Source: Bugula neritina
Taxonomy: Eukaryota > Animalia > Bryozoa
Assembly: GCA_964035545.1 (NCBI GenBank)
Contig: OZ037768.1
Coordinates: forward strand, 2,016,741-2,080,740
Direction: 5' to 3'
DNA: 64,000 bases
Shown here piece by piece: positions 1 to 29,025 of this stretch. Position 1 is the first letter of the stretch; each line of letters begins with the position of its first letter. The notes beneath the pieces were generated by a model, which had not been told where the DNA came from, made no database searches, and saw nothing but the letters and a program-made list of their open reading frames with translations. The translations under genes were made by a program, and so were the position numbers.

Positions 1-445
1 ATATATACAGGTTTCACTGTACAATCTAAGGCTGGATTAGACAAGGTTCAACACTTGTACATCAGTAAGCATGCCTTATATGTCAATTAAATGACAAATT
101 CGCACCAAATCAATAAATACCAGATATGTTAAGATAGCAGCTGCTGCTAAGTGAAATTTGCTGCCACTAAGTGAAATATAATGATGAGCTGTGAATGCAT
201 GATGATAGCAAGTAGTATGACTGCAAACAGAGAAACAGATAAATTATTGCAGCTAAACGTAAATAGAGATGCACAAATATATATATATAAATATAATAAC
301 CAACACAGAGTTCAATGTAATGAAGAAATAACAATAATCAACAGCTATGGTTGAGCTACACACTTTGTCTAGTAAACCTGAATAAAAAAGCGTAGCTGGG
401 ATTCTACATGTATGTTATCTACTGAGGAGCGTGCGTAAGGGATTA

Positions 446-15711
<15,266 letters not shown>

Positions 15712-15721
<10 letters not shown>

Positions 15722-15808
15722 CTTGCTGTCTAATTGCTGCCTTGTGGGTGTACACTCAGGAGCTCATAACAATTCCCAATTTATGTTCTCTTTTGAACCA
15801 ATCATAAG
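15712..15808 (-). CDS. CAMKK2: Probable CaMKK start-codon exon (5'UTR plus ATG GGA TGT G; coding part 15712-15721)
   Basis: gttttgtag acceptor, strong Kozak context (aagATGG), in-frame upstream TGA, GTG|gtaagt donor in phase 1. Confidence 0.55.
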
Positions 15809-18800
15809 CTACAAAACAACCATATGGTTTATATGAGTTGAAATAAACATTATGTATAGCTAGTAAGCTGCATTATACTGTTATGTGTAATTACTGAAAT
15901 AACTCTAAACACCTGTCCACATTTAAAACATTTCTGTAAAAAATACACGGTTTTTTACTCAGTGCTGCATCTAGCTAACTACAGCGATTTGTCAGATAGT
16001 TTGCACATTCAACAATATTTGGCCAAGACTGCATTTTTCTATAAACCAATGTGATCAAAGTGACTGAACAGCTGATAACTACAGTCTATACTCTATACAA
16101 ACACAATTTTATGGGTTATTGCTGCTTGAAAGCTGCTTGAATCTGAGTAAATACTTTTTTGCACCCATCAGAGCAGCCAACCAAATACTTTTATGGCAAC
16201 GCAAGTACAGCCGTACCACTCAAACCTAGCACATGTATACACTATATAACGAGGTTTAGTTAGTATATTATTATATTGTACTGCAGATGTAAAGTTTAAT
16301 GCAGGTCTGTTTCAATCCAAGCAGCTATCGTTATATCAGTTCACTGAATGAATAGTTTTGCTGATGACAGAGCAATATTCCCACGATTAGTCAATTTTAT
16401 TTTACTTGTGTAAATAGTCTTTATCTTAAAATGCCTTCCTAATGCCATCATCCAACTACAAACCCCTATCCTTCATAACCTGACTGGGTGTGTTACATAT
16501 TCTAGCTGTGAAAATTTGAGTTATGGCTCATAAAAGAATTATATCTTTACCTTATATAGAATGGGCATAACATATATAAGCTTATAGTTAGATTGTAACA
16601 ATTAAACAGTACATGAAGTTGTAAACTAAGGTACACACCTTCGTACGTGTTAAGCTATTCACTAAGAAGTTGTGATAAGAAGTAGCTACTGATACCTATA
16701 AATGTTGTTGGATTTTTTCTCTCAGACTGGTTTATTGGACAATCAATATGTGATTGAGCTTTCATAACCAATAATTGATGACCTACGCAATGGAAAAAAT
16801 CTTTAATACACCAGAAGAATTTTTCTGTATAAATGTAGTTACAACTCCATTCTTGCAGTTTGTATCATGTGCAATGTCTCATTATTAATGCATCAGAAAT
16901 AGTATATCTAAATTTCAATTTATAATAATTTTTTAACATTTTAATGCTAAATAGTAATACCCTTACGTACTCCAACTAGTTAAAATGTTTCTCCACTACT
17001 TGCCAAGAGGCATCAGCAAGAGAGTTGCCATCTATATTTATAACCTAGAGACAGGAAATGACCTTGACACTTACGATGAATATTATGACAAGTTATTTAT
17101 AGTACATAGGATGTACACAGACAATCATAGCTATTAATTTAACATCATCAAGAGGTGTGGCTCATTCAAAAACATAATACTTAGATATAATTTTACACTT
17201 CCTGATACTCTTCACAACACTTGATGGGTAGTATTGTACAAACATACCAAAATGACTTCAAGTTATCAGTATGTATTCGTTATAAAACAATTATAGCAAA
17301 ATTTGAACCAAAAGTTCTTCAGCTTGCAAAAACAGACTTTTTTATTAACTTGAAAGTAAGCTACAACACTATATAGGGCAGTGAGCTGCCTGCCATAAAG
17401 GTGTGTTTGATGTAAGAAAAGTGGTAGATGTTTACACTATTAGTGCCAAATATTTTAGTATTTTAGATTAGCAGCTGTACAACAGTTTACCCACCTGCAC
17501 TGCAGATTCTACTGATAGACTAGATCAGTAATGTATTATGACTTTAGACTAATAATCTGCATGATTATTGTATAGTTAACCTTATTAGTTCCAAAAAGTT
17601 TCAAATTATACCTATATAAACTGAGCAGTTATATCCAGTATATCGTGTATGAGACTTAAACCCACGTGTGTATTAGTTGCAATAGAGTAGTCATAAATTC
17701 AAAATGATAAAGCAGTTTGCAATACCGATTAGAACGCAGGCCTAATATGTGTTGATGAACTTAAAGCAATTATTATTGTCATGCCTTCAGTGTACAATTT
17801 TCATTTTATAGTACAGAGAAATCTATAACAAATGTTAGACCACCGCAATGCTGTAGATGAAAAGGTGCAGATCATTGAGGAAATTTGAAGTAGATTTACA
17901 TTGTTGAAAAATTTAAAAAAGTTATAAAGTTTATTAAAACATCTTATTTGTAGATAAAAAATGCTTATCTTTACTAATTGCAAAGAGAAATAACACAATG
18001 TTCAATCAAAGCTGGCATGAAACACAAAGAGTAAAAAATATATGAATATAGTTAATCTCTGCAAATATAATTTAGAATTTGATTTTAATGTTCACTTAAA
18101 TATTTTTCTGAGTTCTTGAAACTTGCCAATTTTATGCTACATTCAACTTACTAACTTATTGAGCTCTTTAACTGGTGAAGATGAATCCTTAGAGGTCGAG
18201 TTGTAATATGCTTATGAATGTCTAATACCAACCCCTTAGCTGGAGAAGCAACATCAGTGCCCACAGCCGTGAGAATGTTTGTTAAATTCGCAAACAGCGA
18301 AACTTTACTTTGTTTGGTGTTGGCAATAACTTTTGTATAATTAAAAGAAATGTAAACATAGTTTCACCAGTATGTTTGTATCAACTGTCTTATTTGATAT
18401 TTCAAACATTTAGTAATATGTTAGTTTAGCTGTATAATTGATTACTAAGAAGTGTTTGATTACTTTATACTGTAAACATACCTTATTTCTGGTGAAGAAA
18501 CACATCTCTTTAGTTGATTGACATAAGTAACTAGCTGAATTGTAAAATACTGTATAGATTTGTCAAAGCAAACTTACACCTGTTATATATAACCACAGTG
18601 ATTTTCTTACTACTAATGTTTACTTACAAAAGTTCAATAGTATAAAATGCACTCCACAACTCTACATGCCGTGAAAACAAGTAAAAGTTGAATGATGGTG
18701 CTAAAATCAATAGAGTGTGTGTACTGTATAAAGGGACAGTGATAATCACTAATAAAGCAAATAACAGCAGTGTCACTACTGAATTATAATGCATGAGGGA

Positions 18801-19809
18801 AATGTTTTGTTTTAACAAAGTGGCCCTTTTAATGTCATTCCTAACACTAGCAACGGCAAAAGTGAAGGAATTCAATATTTCGCATTGTCTATGACCTAGC
18901 AATATTCAATACATGTATGACAAGAGAACCATCAGTTACACAATACCATCAGGGCACTCACTAGGTGTAATCAATAAATGAGTTTAAGGAATTCACCCAA
19001 CCTGGTTACAACTCTTCAATGTATTCACCTACTGCTCTGTCTTACAAAAAATCTATCAACTCCACAAGTGTGTATTTTATAAAGCAGAACATTGGGGTGG
19101 CATACAGAAAGCTAGAAATAATTATACTGCTGTTCAGAGAGTTCCACCAGGTTAAGAAACACTGCCAATTCTTTTAGCTTTGATGTTGATGAGAATGTCA
19201 ATCAGAGATGGCATATCTCAACTGCTTTGCATGCAGTAATTGAATTAAAATAATTACATCAACAGGCCCTGGGCCTATGTGAACATTTACAAGATGTAGA
19301 AATTAATATGACTACATATAGATATCATGGGTGGTTTATATTTCTTCTCATATGACAAAGTTAAACCACACTTTCAATTTGCTTAAAAACTATAGGATAA
19401 AAAATAACAATTAATCAATAGTTCACATTTTGTAGCATATTATAATGTTATAATGAATGTAGTTCGATGAGGTGCATTGATATCACAACTCCTAATTGTC
19501 CTACAATTGCTATCAACTGAGTAAAAAAAATCATGTCTGAGCTGCTGTAATATTTTGTTTTCTAATTTTGGTTTGATAAAAAATAACCAAGTAAATTAAA
19601 GTTTCTTTATTTTTACTATTTTTTGATATATAAGCAATGATATGAGTATAATAAACAAATATAAAAGCATATTTTAATCTTTTGATTAAACTAGAGCTTA
19701 TATAATTAAAATATACTTTATATTGGTGGTATGATTAAAAACATAAGTTTACAATCTGAACTCTTGAGTATATATTATAATGTAATTATTGTCTTAAAAA
19801 TTGTTTATC

Positions 19810-19880
19810 GTCTGTTGAGTCACATGATCTGAAACCATACGCAACCCGGATAGTACGATGCAGATGCGCGTGCGCATAGT
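19810..19880. promoter_or_regulatory. Putative TMEM127 promoter, possibly bidirectional with CaMKK
   Basis: CpG cluster in AT-rich DNA; TGCGCGTGCGCA (NRF1-type, 19865-19876); overlapping TGAGTCA / GTCACATGA (AP-1 / MiT-TFE M-box type, 19816-19827); about 900 bp upstream of the TMEM127 ATG. Confidence 0.5.
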
Positions 19881-19904
19881 CAAAATCTGTCAACAAAACT
19901 TTTA

Positions 19905-20700
19905 TCTATACTATTACTATTAGTATTACTATTACTATTGGTGTTAGTATTACTATTAGTATTAGTACTACTATAATATTAAATATAGCTATTACTATTA
20001 GACTTAGTATTAGTGTTACTATAAATATAACTATAATACTGAATAAGTATTATGCAATCCATAATGATAATGTGATATGAGCAGCTTTGGACTCGCTTAG
20101 TCTCGTTTCGTGACTGTTGAGACTGTTGTCAATATTAATATAAATATTAATATTATTAAATTATTATTATTACTATTAATAATGTTATCAACAGACAACA
20201 GCCAGACTCAAAGACTCAGAGTCAGAGTGAGACTGAAAGTCAGATTCACTAACTGAGACTGTTGAACTTAAGAAATAAAGACAAATTGAAAGGGAGTGAA
20301 ATTCAAAACAATTTTATGCCTCTTACTCTTACTGTCTTAGTCTTACTTTTAAGTTTATTAGTATAAATATAAATATAAGTATTACTATTAGTATAACCTT
20401 AACTAAAACTTAATCTTATAGTTATACTTATAGTTATTCTTATAACTAACATAAAATTATAAATATAACTAACTTAAAGTTAAACTAAATCATAAAGCGA
20501 TATTATTACTATTAGTATTACTATTAGTATTAGTATCCGTGTAACCTAAAGGTTGTCCCATTATGATTATCATTACGATTTTGATTATGTGAATAAGTGC
20601 AACATTGACTATAAGTTTTACTGAAAAGTTTTTAACTGATAGTGGTTAACAACAACTACTAGTACTACAACTGTAATTATAACCAAAGTAATTTAATAAA
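19905..20700. repeat. (TATTAG/TATTAC)n hexamer-periodic low-complexity island 2 (TMEM127 5' region)
   Basis: Same motif at 19950 and 20518; additional gactca/gagtca 6-bp periodicity at 20205-20260. Confidence 0.75.
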
Positions 20701-20769
20701 CTATGTAGCTAAAATTTAAAGTATAAAGCAATGTTTAATAATATATTTAATTCAAGGCCAATATTGAAT

Positions 20770-22361
20770 ATGCCTGTGGAGTCTGGCTCTAGACCATCAA
20801 CTCAAACTGAAACTGAATCCCAATCTCAAAGTCATAGCCAGTCTGAGTCTCAGTCCAGTCGTTCCAGAAGTAGAAGTAAGTATGAACGTAATAATAAGTT
20901 TGAGTAAAAACATTTAATTAACACTAATTTTGATTTTCCAGTATGAGTAGGCCTAATGTATTAGATAATTTTATTTCAATTTACAGGTGTTTGTATAGTT
21001 ATAGTGTCCATTAGCCTCAGGCCTGGTAACTGCTTGGAGACTACTTATGCGTGCACTTCCTGTATCATCATATTTTTATTAAAAATAACTTTGTAAATTG
21101 TTTTTAGCCTTATTTTTTAAAGTACCAATTCCTAATTTACTGGTTAAAAATACTAATAATAAAAAGTAAAAGTAGCAACTACTAACCTATAGCTTTCAAA
21201 AGGTGAATAAACTTTTCTACAGTACTTTGACATGAATTAATACTTGTTCAATTTTAAAGTAGATCTGAGGTACACTAGAAGTCTATGCATATCATTTATG
21301 TAGGTTCGCGTTCAAGGTCAGGTGATGGCAGTAGATCTAGGCGTAGAAGTGGGCGCAGAAGGCGACACAGGCGACATCGTGGCTATCCGAAGATTCCGGA
21401 AAGAAACTTTGTTGGTGCCGCATGCTCGATGTTTGCGATAGTTGGGACTTGCACTGGTATACTTTAACATATATAGGCAAATTATGTAATTTTTTGAGCA
21501 TTATACGTACAGTTTCCGTCACGGATGTGGCCGTATTAAACTGTCATTTAAATTTTAAACAAAAATACTTGGCTCATTTATTCTGTGATCTTTTTACCTT
21601 TATGCATACAATTTTAATTACATATAAGGCTCATTTATTCTGTTTAGGGCTGAAAGGCTCAATGGCTGCAATGTAGAAGCCTTTCATGCAGTTTTAGATT
21701 TGTTACTATATTTGTAGCTCTGGCAAAATCTGAGTGCTTTACCTTTCAAGGAGGGAGTTGCAGGGATGGAAACGGACAGTACCTCAGTTCTCTTGGAATC
21801 AGTAACTTCTTTTTCAACGGTTACTTTGTGAACAGCACAACGTACGAATTTCATTCCTTTGGTATGCAGCACCATCTGTACAACTGTTTAGATGCTGGCC
21901 TCCTTTCAGTTCTGAAATCCATACTATCGCTAACTGTCCTCAGCACACTGTTCACTTCTGTTGCATTTGTCCTTGACATTATTGGCCCTAAGCAAAAACA
22001 TCTGATGCTGATTCGTCGGAATGGAGTACTCAACATTTCAGCTGTATTTCTGCTTGTGACAGTGTGTGGCATGTGCTACTGGGCTGCCATGTTGCTCAGT
22101 GTTAATTTACATGCACACAAAAGAGCTAAAGGCAGTAGAGTTCTTGTAGACTTTGGCATCAGCTATTACATTCTCATTAGTGCAGCTGTGTCCAACATTG
22201 TTGCTACAGCCTGCAATTTATTGAGACGATACCCACCGTCACCCCCACCACAACCTGACACTCAGCCTATTCTCAATGATGTTGATCAGCTGTTATTGAG
22301 GGACGAGCCTGTAGTGCCCCCTTCCCACATTGTGCAGGAACCCCCACCATATGTACCCTAA
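20770..22361 (+). CDS. TMEM127: Transmembrane protein 127 (about 300 aa)
   Basis: Exons 20770-20875, 21304-21456, 21718-22361 (903 nt, in phase). Motifs PKIPERNF, CTALA, GGSC, AFVLDIIGPK, YWA, HK..GS.V.V.F..SYY, ATACNLLRRYP and C-terminal PPPYVP match TMEM127 as I recall it (PKQPERSL...ATAANLLRHYP...PPPAYTP). The first coding exon is less certain. Confidence 0.92.
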
Positions 22362-23187
22362 CAAATATTCATTGTTGGCACAATCTTGAGATATTAAGTA
22401 ATTATTGTGAGGTTGTCATGCAAGTCTGCACTATTTTATGTTTCTTAACTATTCTTATGATATTTATAAACGAATCTGTTGCTTATTCCTATTTTGTAGC
22501 ATTTTAATTAACCATTCATTATGTTACATTTCTAATTTACTTTCTCTTTGTCTATTTATGTTACAGCTGAACTGTAATAATAATTATATTACCATTTCTA
22601 GTAACTTGGCAACAGTCCGCAGTCACACTCCCAAAGTTGTGCAATTTGTATTTTAGCCAATGATAAGATGACTAGTTATTTGCAAATATGTTAAATTTTG
22701 TGAGTAACAGCAAACAGAATAGAAGGTAAAAGTAAAGGTAGAGTTGTATAGTAAAATATCTAATGCTACATTGTATTTCCTCATTTTGAAGCCTAGATAC
22801 AAAGAAGAGCAGGTTTTAGTTGGAAAGATACAATGCAAACTGATTCAGTATGAGAAATTTAACTGACCATGAATCATAGCACTTATAATGTATGTAGCTG
22901 TAGTCAATGCACCAAGGGCTTTAACAATAACTATACTGAGAACTCAATTGATATACAATAGCAAAATCTGAACATGAAAATGATTACAATAAAAGTAAAA
23001 TCATTACTGTGACTACATAACTGCAAAGAAAATAAATAATGGTCACAGCAACTAATGAGACGACCCATTGACGAGGTCAGTTAAACTTCCATCATATTAT
23101 ATACTACAGATAATCAATAAAATAGAACCAATTCAAAACTACTAAAGCTAAATAACAGGTTTAGTGTACATAACATAACTGGCAGCT

Positions 23188-24111
23188 TTAATGACACATA
23201 CTAATGGTAACATTTATCCCCAGGTTTCCATTGTCAGCGAACAGACGCGCTATGTTTGTATCAAATACCAAGCAGTCACTATTTTGAATAGCCGATTGAA
23301 CGCCATCATGTATACTTCGGGGAGTTGCTTCCCATGTCAACCGCCTCTTAAGTCCATTCAACTCGAGCCTGTAGGCAAAGTTCTCAGCTGCTTTCCTCGT
23401 ACCTATCAACTGAACAATTGCATAAAACTGTTGATGACCGTCATACTTCTCCTGCTTCTCCAAGACTAGCATAAAACTCTGTCCAAAGCAAGACTGCATC
23501 ATAACCCAGTCAACTGCTCCTGGTAAATTGATGTCGGTAGCTAAAAAGACAATATCCTCCCCTTGTAATGTGGTGATGCTTTTGTGTTGACTAAGCAGGT
23601 GCATCATGACGGCATCTAAAGAGCCTTGCCACTTGCATGAAGCGCCGGGGCAGGGGCAGCAATATGGTCTATACTCGCACACGTCCTCGTGATCAGTTTT
23701 ATCCGTGTGTAACAGAGTCATGGTGCAGCCTCCCGAGGAGTACTTGCAGGGAAAGAGTACAGTAGTGGCCACTTTCTCCATGGCCAGATTTCTTATATTG
23801 CCCAGAGGGGCTCTGCATGTCGGACAACATTGCAGCTTAGGTCTGCATGTCTGGCAGACAATATGGCCGCTCTGGCATTGCATTATGGGCGGCAGAGCGT
23901 AATCAAAACAGACGGGGCATTCAAACAGATTTGCGAGGTCCGGATTGGTTGTTGGTGCGTTCATCATGTTGGGAACAGAAGCCACAGGAGTATTGGTGAC
24001 TGAAGAGGGACTTACTGTGCCGAGTTTGGGTGTCTGCCCGGAGGCCATCCTGGGGTTAGTAGCCACACTGGGCTTGCAGTTGGTGTTGGAGTTCATATCT
24101 TCAACACACAT
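23188..24111 (-). CDS. SIAH1: E3 ubiquitin ligase SIAH / Seven in absentia, single coding exon
   Basis: ORF 23188..24138 (first ATG 24111, alternative 24096): [31 protein letters not shown], two zinc fingers, substrate-binding domain [30 protein letters not shown]...[10 protein letters not shown]. Confidence 0.97.
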   Translation of the reverse strand: MCVEDMNSNTNCKPSVATNPRMASGQTPKLGTVSPSSVTNTPVASVPNMMNAPTTNPDLANLFECPVCFDYALPPIMQCQSGHIVCQTCRPKLQCCPTCRAPLGNIRNLAMEKVATTVLFPCKYSSGGCTMTLLHTDKTDHEDVCEYRPYCCPCPGASCKWQGSLDAVMMHLLSQHKSITTLQGEDIVFLATDINLPGAVDWVMMQSCFGQSFMLVLEKQEKYDGHQQFYAIVQLIGTRKAAENFAYRLELNGLKRRLTWEATPRSIHDGVQSAIQNSDCLVFDTNIARLFADNGNLGINVTISMCH

Positions 24112-26164
24112 CAATATACTTGTACAGCTTCTCAGCACATCAACAGAAATTTGTGCAGTGATTTATTTACCACAAAAATCATACGTAATGGAGAGCATGT
24201 AGGATAGTAAAAGTACACTAATGTTTAGCTGAAGTCAAACACTGTAGTGAAACTAACATTTCAATGATTCCTCCAGAAAATGAAGTGATGAAAATATGGT
24301 CTATTAACTAGTTGAAGAGATCGAAACAATACAAATGAGCAAAAATACGAGGAGATTGATGCATCGTCTTTGAAAATTTAGCACTGATGGAAAATCAAAC
24401 CAGTTATGACTATATTTACTTGTATTAATACCTGAAACACCTGCAGAGCTATAATGGCTGACTCCTTAATAGTTGCAAGCCGAAGGCAATCACCAGTTTT
24501 CCTCTAGCTGAGACAAAAATACATCAAGTTGTTTGAATGAAACAGAAGTTGCACAAGTTTTGCAGCTGAAAATCCATAGACTTGAAAGTTCACTGCCAGT
24601 TTAATAAGCATGTGAATCTCATTACACACTATAGATTTGCATACAATGAAGCAAAGGCATTACATACCACATTCATATGTAAAACAGCACCAACAGCAAA
24701 ATACCATAAGTTAAAGCTGTATAGTAGGAAGTCGTTACCCCAAGTGGTTGATAAAAATTTACTTATTTTGCCAATTTACATTTGCTAGTTCAACAATGGC
24801 TTCCTTGTGATAAAAACATTTTTTTAATGCTAGCCTATGATACAGCGTTTCTTTATAAATGTAATTAATATAATTATGATGTAACATTAGCCAATATACA
24901 AAGAATTAGCAAAGTTCAAAAAACTCTAGCTTCCAGGTCAAAGAATAAATCAATTTAAAAAATATGCTGGTAGACTGTATAAAAATTAGAAACAGAGAGA
25001 TGACTGAAAATGTTGAGTTCGGGTTGTACAATACCTGGTCAAACTATTGAGGACTCACTCTGTGTAAGAGTTGTACAAGGTCGAAATGCTACTCCCAGTA
25101 CGTGGAAGGGGGAAAGTCACCAATAAGAGAGAAGAGGTCTTTGCAAATCCCCCTGAGCTTTACACATCTAAATTGCAAGAATATAGTCACATGCAATAAT
25201 AAATGACATGTAGGCTTCAGAGAAAGCAGAGTTTATGTGAAAACAGCGAGCAATTCTGGTGAATATCTTTTCAACTCGAATGTTTTTACAAAAACGTATA
25301 CCTAAAAAAAATTTACAATCATCTTGCCAAATTGGAATTCTTGAACAAAAACAATGTTTATGAGCTTTAAAAGATGCCCAATTCACAATATTTCATTAGA
25401 TTTAACTTCAAAATAGACCTTTCTTACTCATGCATAGCAATCACATGTTTTATGATCACTAAAATAAATCAGTTGGCTAAATTTCATTATTGGTACAGAC
25501 TCAATAATCATGACAACGAATGCCATTCTATGGAGCTATTGTAGAAATAATTTTATTTGCCAAATATAAGTCATACCCAAAATAACTGAACAGGTGAGCT
25601 CTACTTTCAACACTACTGAGTTCTAAAGTTTCATGTAGCCTTAGTCTTTGGGCTCCAGTAGAGTTTGATATTTCTGAGCCCCACTCAACTCAAAAGAACT
25701 CAATTAAAGTGAAACACAATCTGTGACTGCTAGTGGCTATTTTGGGATTCCATTCTAATGTTTCCAGCACCAAGTATTGGACTCAGTAGGTGTGTAAGTG
25801 TGTATAGGTTTGTGTATGTGCTGTTTTCATGCGTCATAAATACAAGGTAAATTCTGAAAAAGAAATGATAATTGCACTACAACAATAGTTTCAACTCTTT
25901 AAAGTTTATTAACTACAGTAACAATATTATAGTTTATAGAAATTAAATGTGATTTAATGTGTAACAAACCTATAAGATACTGTATAGAAAGAACTTAAAG
26001 TTGCAGAATCGAGCCTAAGGTAACTTTTACTTTGAGAATTAGTATAAACAAAAATTTAAAACAGTTTATAGTAACATTTATCTATCATTATATTAAGATC
26101 GATAGTAAGCAGCAAAATTATTGTAAAAGTAAATCAGTGAATTTGCTGTACATGCAATAAATAA

Positions 26165-26623
26165 TTTCTTAAATCTCCGATGTCTATTTTTAGTTAGACA
26201 GTGAAACATCTTTGGACCTTTTTCATCCATTTCCTTACAAAGGTTCTTATTTGGAGCATCCTGAAACTTTTTACAATTCCTGAATGATTCTCTATCTTTC
26301 TCAGTACTAGATAGTTTCCGAACTTTCCATGCCTGTTTCTTCTCAACTGCTTTTTCTAACTCTTCATGCTAAAACTAGGATTCCTTTTCAAGGCAAATTC
26401 CCAGAGATGATTCTTTAACTACCTCTCTAGCTGTGTCAACCTCCATGGGAAATTTCTTCTCCCAGCAGAATCTTTCCATCTCTTTCATTTCTTTAACCTT
26501 CTCAGACAGTCACTGTGTTAGTTCTTCTTGTTGTTTCTGTAGTTTCTATCAGCTAATCTCTTCAACTTTTTCTTTTCAACAACGAATTCTATCTCTACTA
26601 ACTGAGCTGTTACACTTTCTTAT
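26165..26623 (-). pseudogene. Decayed E/K-rich coiled-coil coding fragment (pseudogene or retroelement remnant)
   Basis: One frame reads KEKVEEIS**KLQKQQEELTQ*LSEKVKEMKEMERF...HEELEKAVEKKQAWK... over about 150 codons with 6 TGA/TAG stops and no obvious frameshift. Confidence 0.45.
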
Positions 26624-26899
26624 GGGATAACTTCGCAAATATACGTGATACCATAACCATCAAATTTAACAAAAGGTTAACTGTATTCTTAATTATTGCA
26701 TTTAGCTACGTACTTCAAAAAAATCTAAAAGTGAAAACTATCAATATTGAAGTAAGAGTTGCTATCTTACTACTACTATTATATATTGTGTATCCGTATA
26801 CTTATTAGTTGAATTTAATGAGTCAATTTAAAGATTAGGTTAATTCCTAACAGCAGATAGGAAAATGTTGCGCCAATGGTCAGAGTGTCTAGTACAGTG

Positions 26900-28100
26900 C
26901 TGATACTAGTAGTAGTAATACTAATACTTCAACTATGTTTACTATATTTATAGTTCTAATATTACTACCAACATAAATAATTATAATTAATATTACTATC
27001 ACAAATATACTTAGAATCATTGAACTTGACTCATAAACTTTGAGTTACATTAGAATTATTTTAAGAGTTTTAATTTGTGATAGCAATAAATTTCTACAGT
27101 AATAATGACAATCAGTGTAATATTAACTTTAAGAATATTAAACTTTTAAAAATAAAATTAGTACTGGTAATACTAATAGTACTAGTACTAGTAGATAAGA
27201 GTTTTATTTATATCAAAATTTAAGATATGAACATCAAGTATTACTATTAGAGTATAACTTGAACTATTTCACTTTACAGTAATTGTAAATGAGTGATACT
27301 ATTACTATCAGTATTAACTATGAGAGCTAATAATACTAATTAGTGCTAGTACTAGTACTAGTAGACAGTAGCACTAGTAGTACAAAGTCTAATAGTAATA
27401 CTAATGCTAGTACTTGTATTAATACTAGTAGTATAACTACTACTAGTAGTAGTAGTATAAATATAATATTAACTTAAAACTTGTAAGTGTTACTAGTATT
27501 ACTAGTACTACTCTATTACTACTACTACTAGTAGAGTACTACTACTAGACAGTAGACTAATAAGTAATACTAATACTAATACTAATAGTAATATTAATAA
27601 TCATAAGAGTAAGTTATAGTTATACTTACACTTTATTACTTATACCAAATATAATACTAATAGTAATACTATTAGTATTAGTATTACTAATATACCAAGA
27701 GTAAGAATAAGTCTAAGTCAAAGTGTGTTACATTTACTTTTAGTTTTACAGTAAATTTAAAATTACAATGGTAATACTTATACTAATAGTAATACTAATA
27801 GTGATTAGTAATTACTAATAGACATAGTAATACTAATACTAATACAGTAAATGTAATAGTAATACTAATCCTAATAGTAATACTAATACTAATAGTAATA
27901 CTAATACTAATAGTAATACTAATAGTAATACTAAAGACAAAGTAATACTACTACATTTTACAAGTTTGGAGCTTCATTCGAGTTCACCTTTCACCAGCTA
28001 CGCAAAGAAAGTTTCAAAAATATTAAATTCAAAAAATAAAAAGCCTAATATAAAATTAAATATTAGACTACAAAACTAATTAATAGTAGTCCTAGTAATT
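26900..28100. repeat. (TAATAC/TAATAG)n hexamer-periodic low-complexity island 3 (SIAH first intron)
   Basis: Reverse complement of the same 22-mer at 27877-27898 and 27895-27916. Confidence 0.8.
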
Positions 28101-28102
28101 AC

Positions 28103-28260
28103 CAGGCGAACAGCTCAGCTGGTACCCCAGTGCTAGGGAAACTTGATCGCCTCCATTTCCGGCGAATTTGAGGCAGACTATCGACAACTCCAAAAACAAT
28201 CGTGCGGCGAGAAGTTAACTCTTCATTACGAGCTAGGCTACTGCGTTCAAACCCTGCTAG
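28103..28260 (-). promoter_or_regulatory. Putative SIAH promoter and non-coding first exon
   Basis: GC/CpG-rich patch with CCGGAAATGG (ETS/YY1-like), CTG|GTAATT donor at 28103; matching acceptor tttttgtctcag at 24508 upstream of the SIAH ORF. Confidence 0.5.
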
Positions 28261-29025
28261 CAAAATAGCCCAACAATAATATTAAATATTTTTGGAAAGT
28301 GTGTTGCACACGTCAAGCCTAGTTCAATACATAGTTTTAGTGTTTAATTACTCAACAATGAAACTGAGTACCTCACAAAATTGAGTAAAGAAACACCAAT
28401 TTAAAACTAACAGTTCAGAGATGTTCAGCGATACTATTTTGAGTAGATAAAGCGTTACGGAAACACTAAAGACTATGCATGATTACATAATTTTGCTAGT
28501 AATATTAGCTGTCAAATTACAATTTAAAGCAACATGTATTTACTTGTTACAAGGTATGTTTTGTGTTTTTCCCATACATAAAAATACATTTATAATTATT
28601 TAGATTGTTTCAAATCTAATTATATAAGTTTGAGATATAGCAAGGAAAATTTGTTTACCTAATTTACAAAAAAATATCTCCAGCTTTAGGCATCCTTTCG
28701 AAAATATACTATGACCATGTTAAAATACAAGCCAAATATAATTTTATTGATGGTAAAATACCATAAGTAAATATCAGACGAATTCACAAAAATGAGCAAA
28801 TCATTAACAAAATGGCGCAATGTGATTGGACGGAACTTTGGCTTCATAATATATATCAGTTTAACACTAGTAATAATAAATTAAATATAAAATACTTATT
28901 ATATCTATTGTGAGATAATTCAATAAAACATAAGTTATCAAACGTTTGTAAAATGCCGATGTTATTGTATATCAGACAATTATATTATGTATACAAATAA
29001 TCAAGCCGTTATGTCCCCTTTATGA

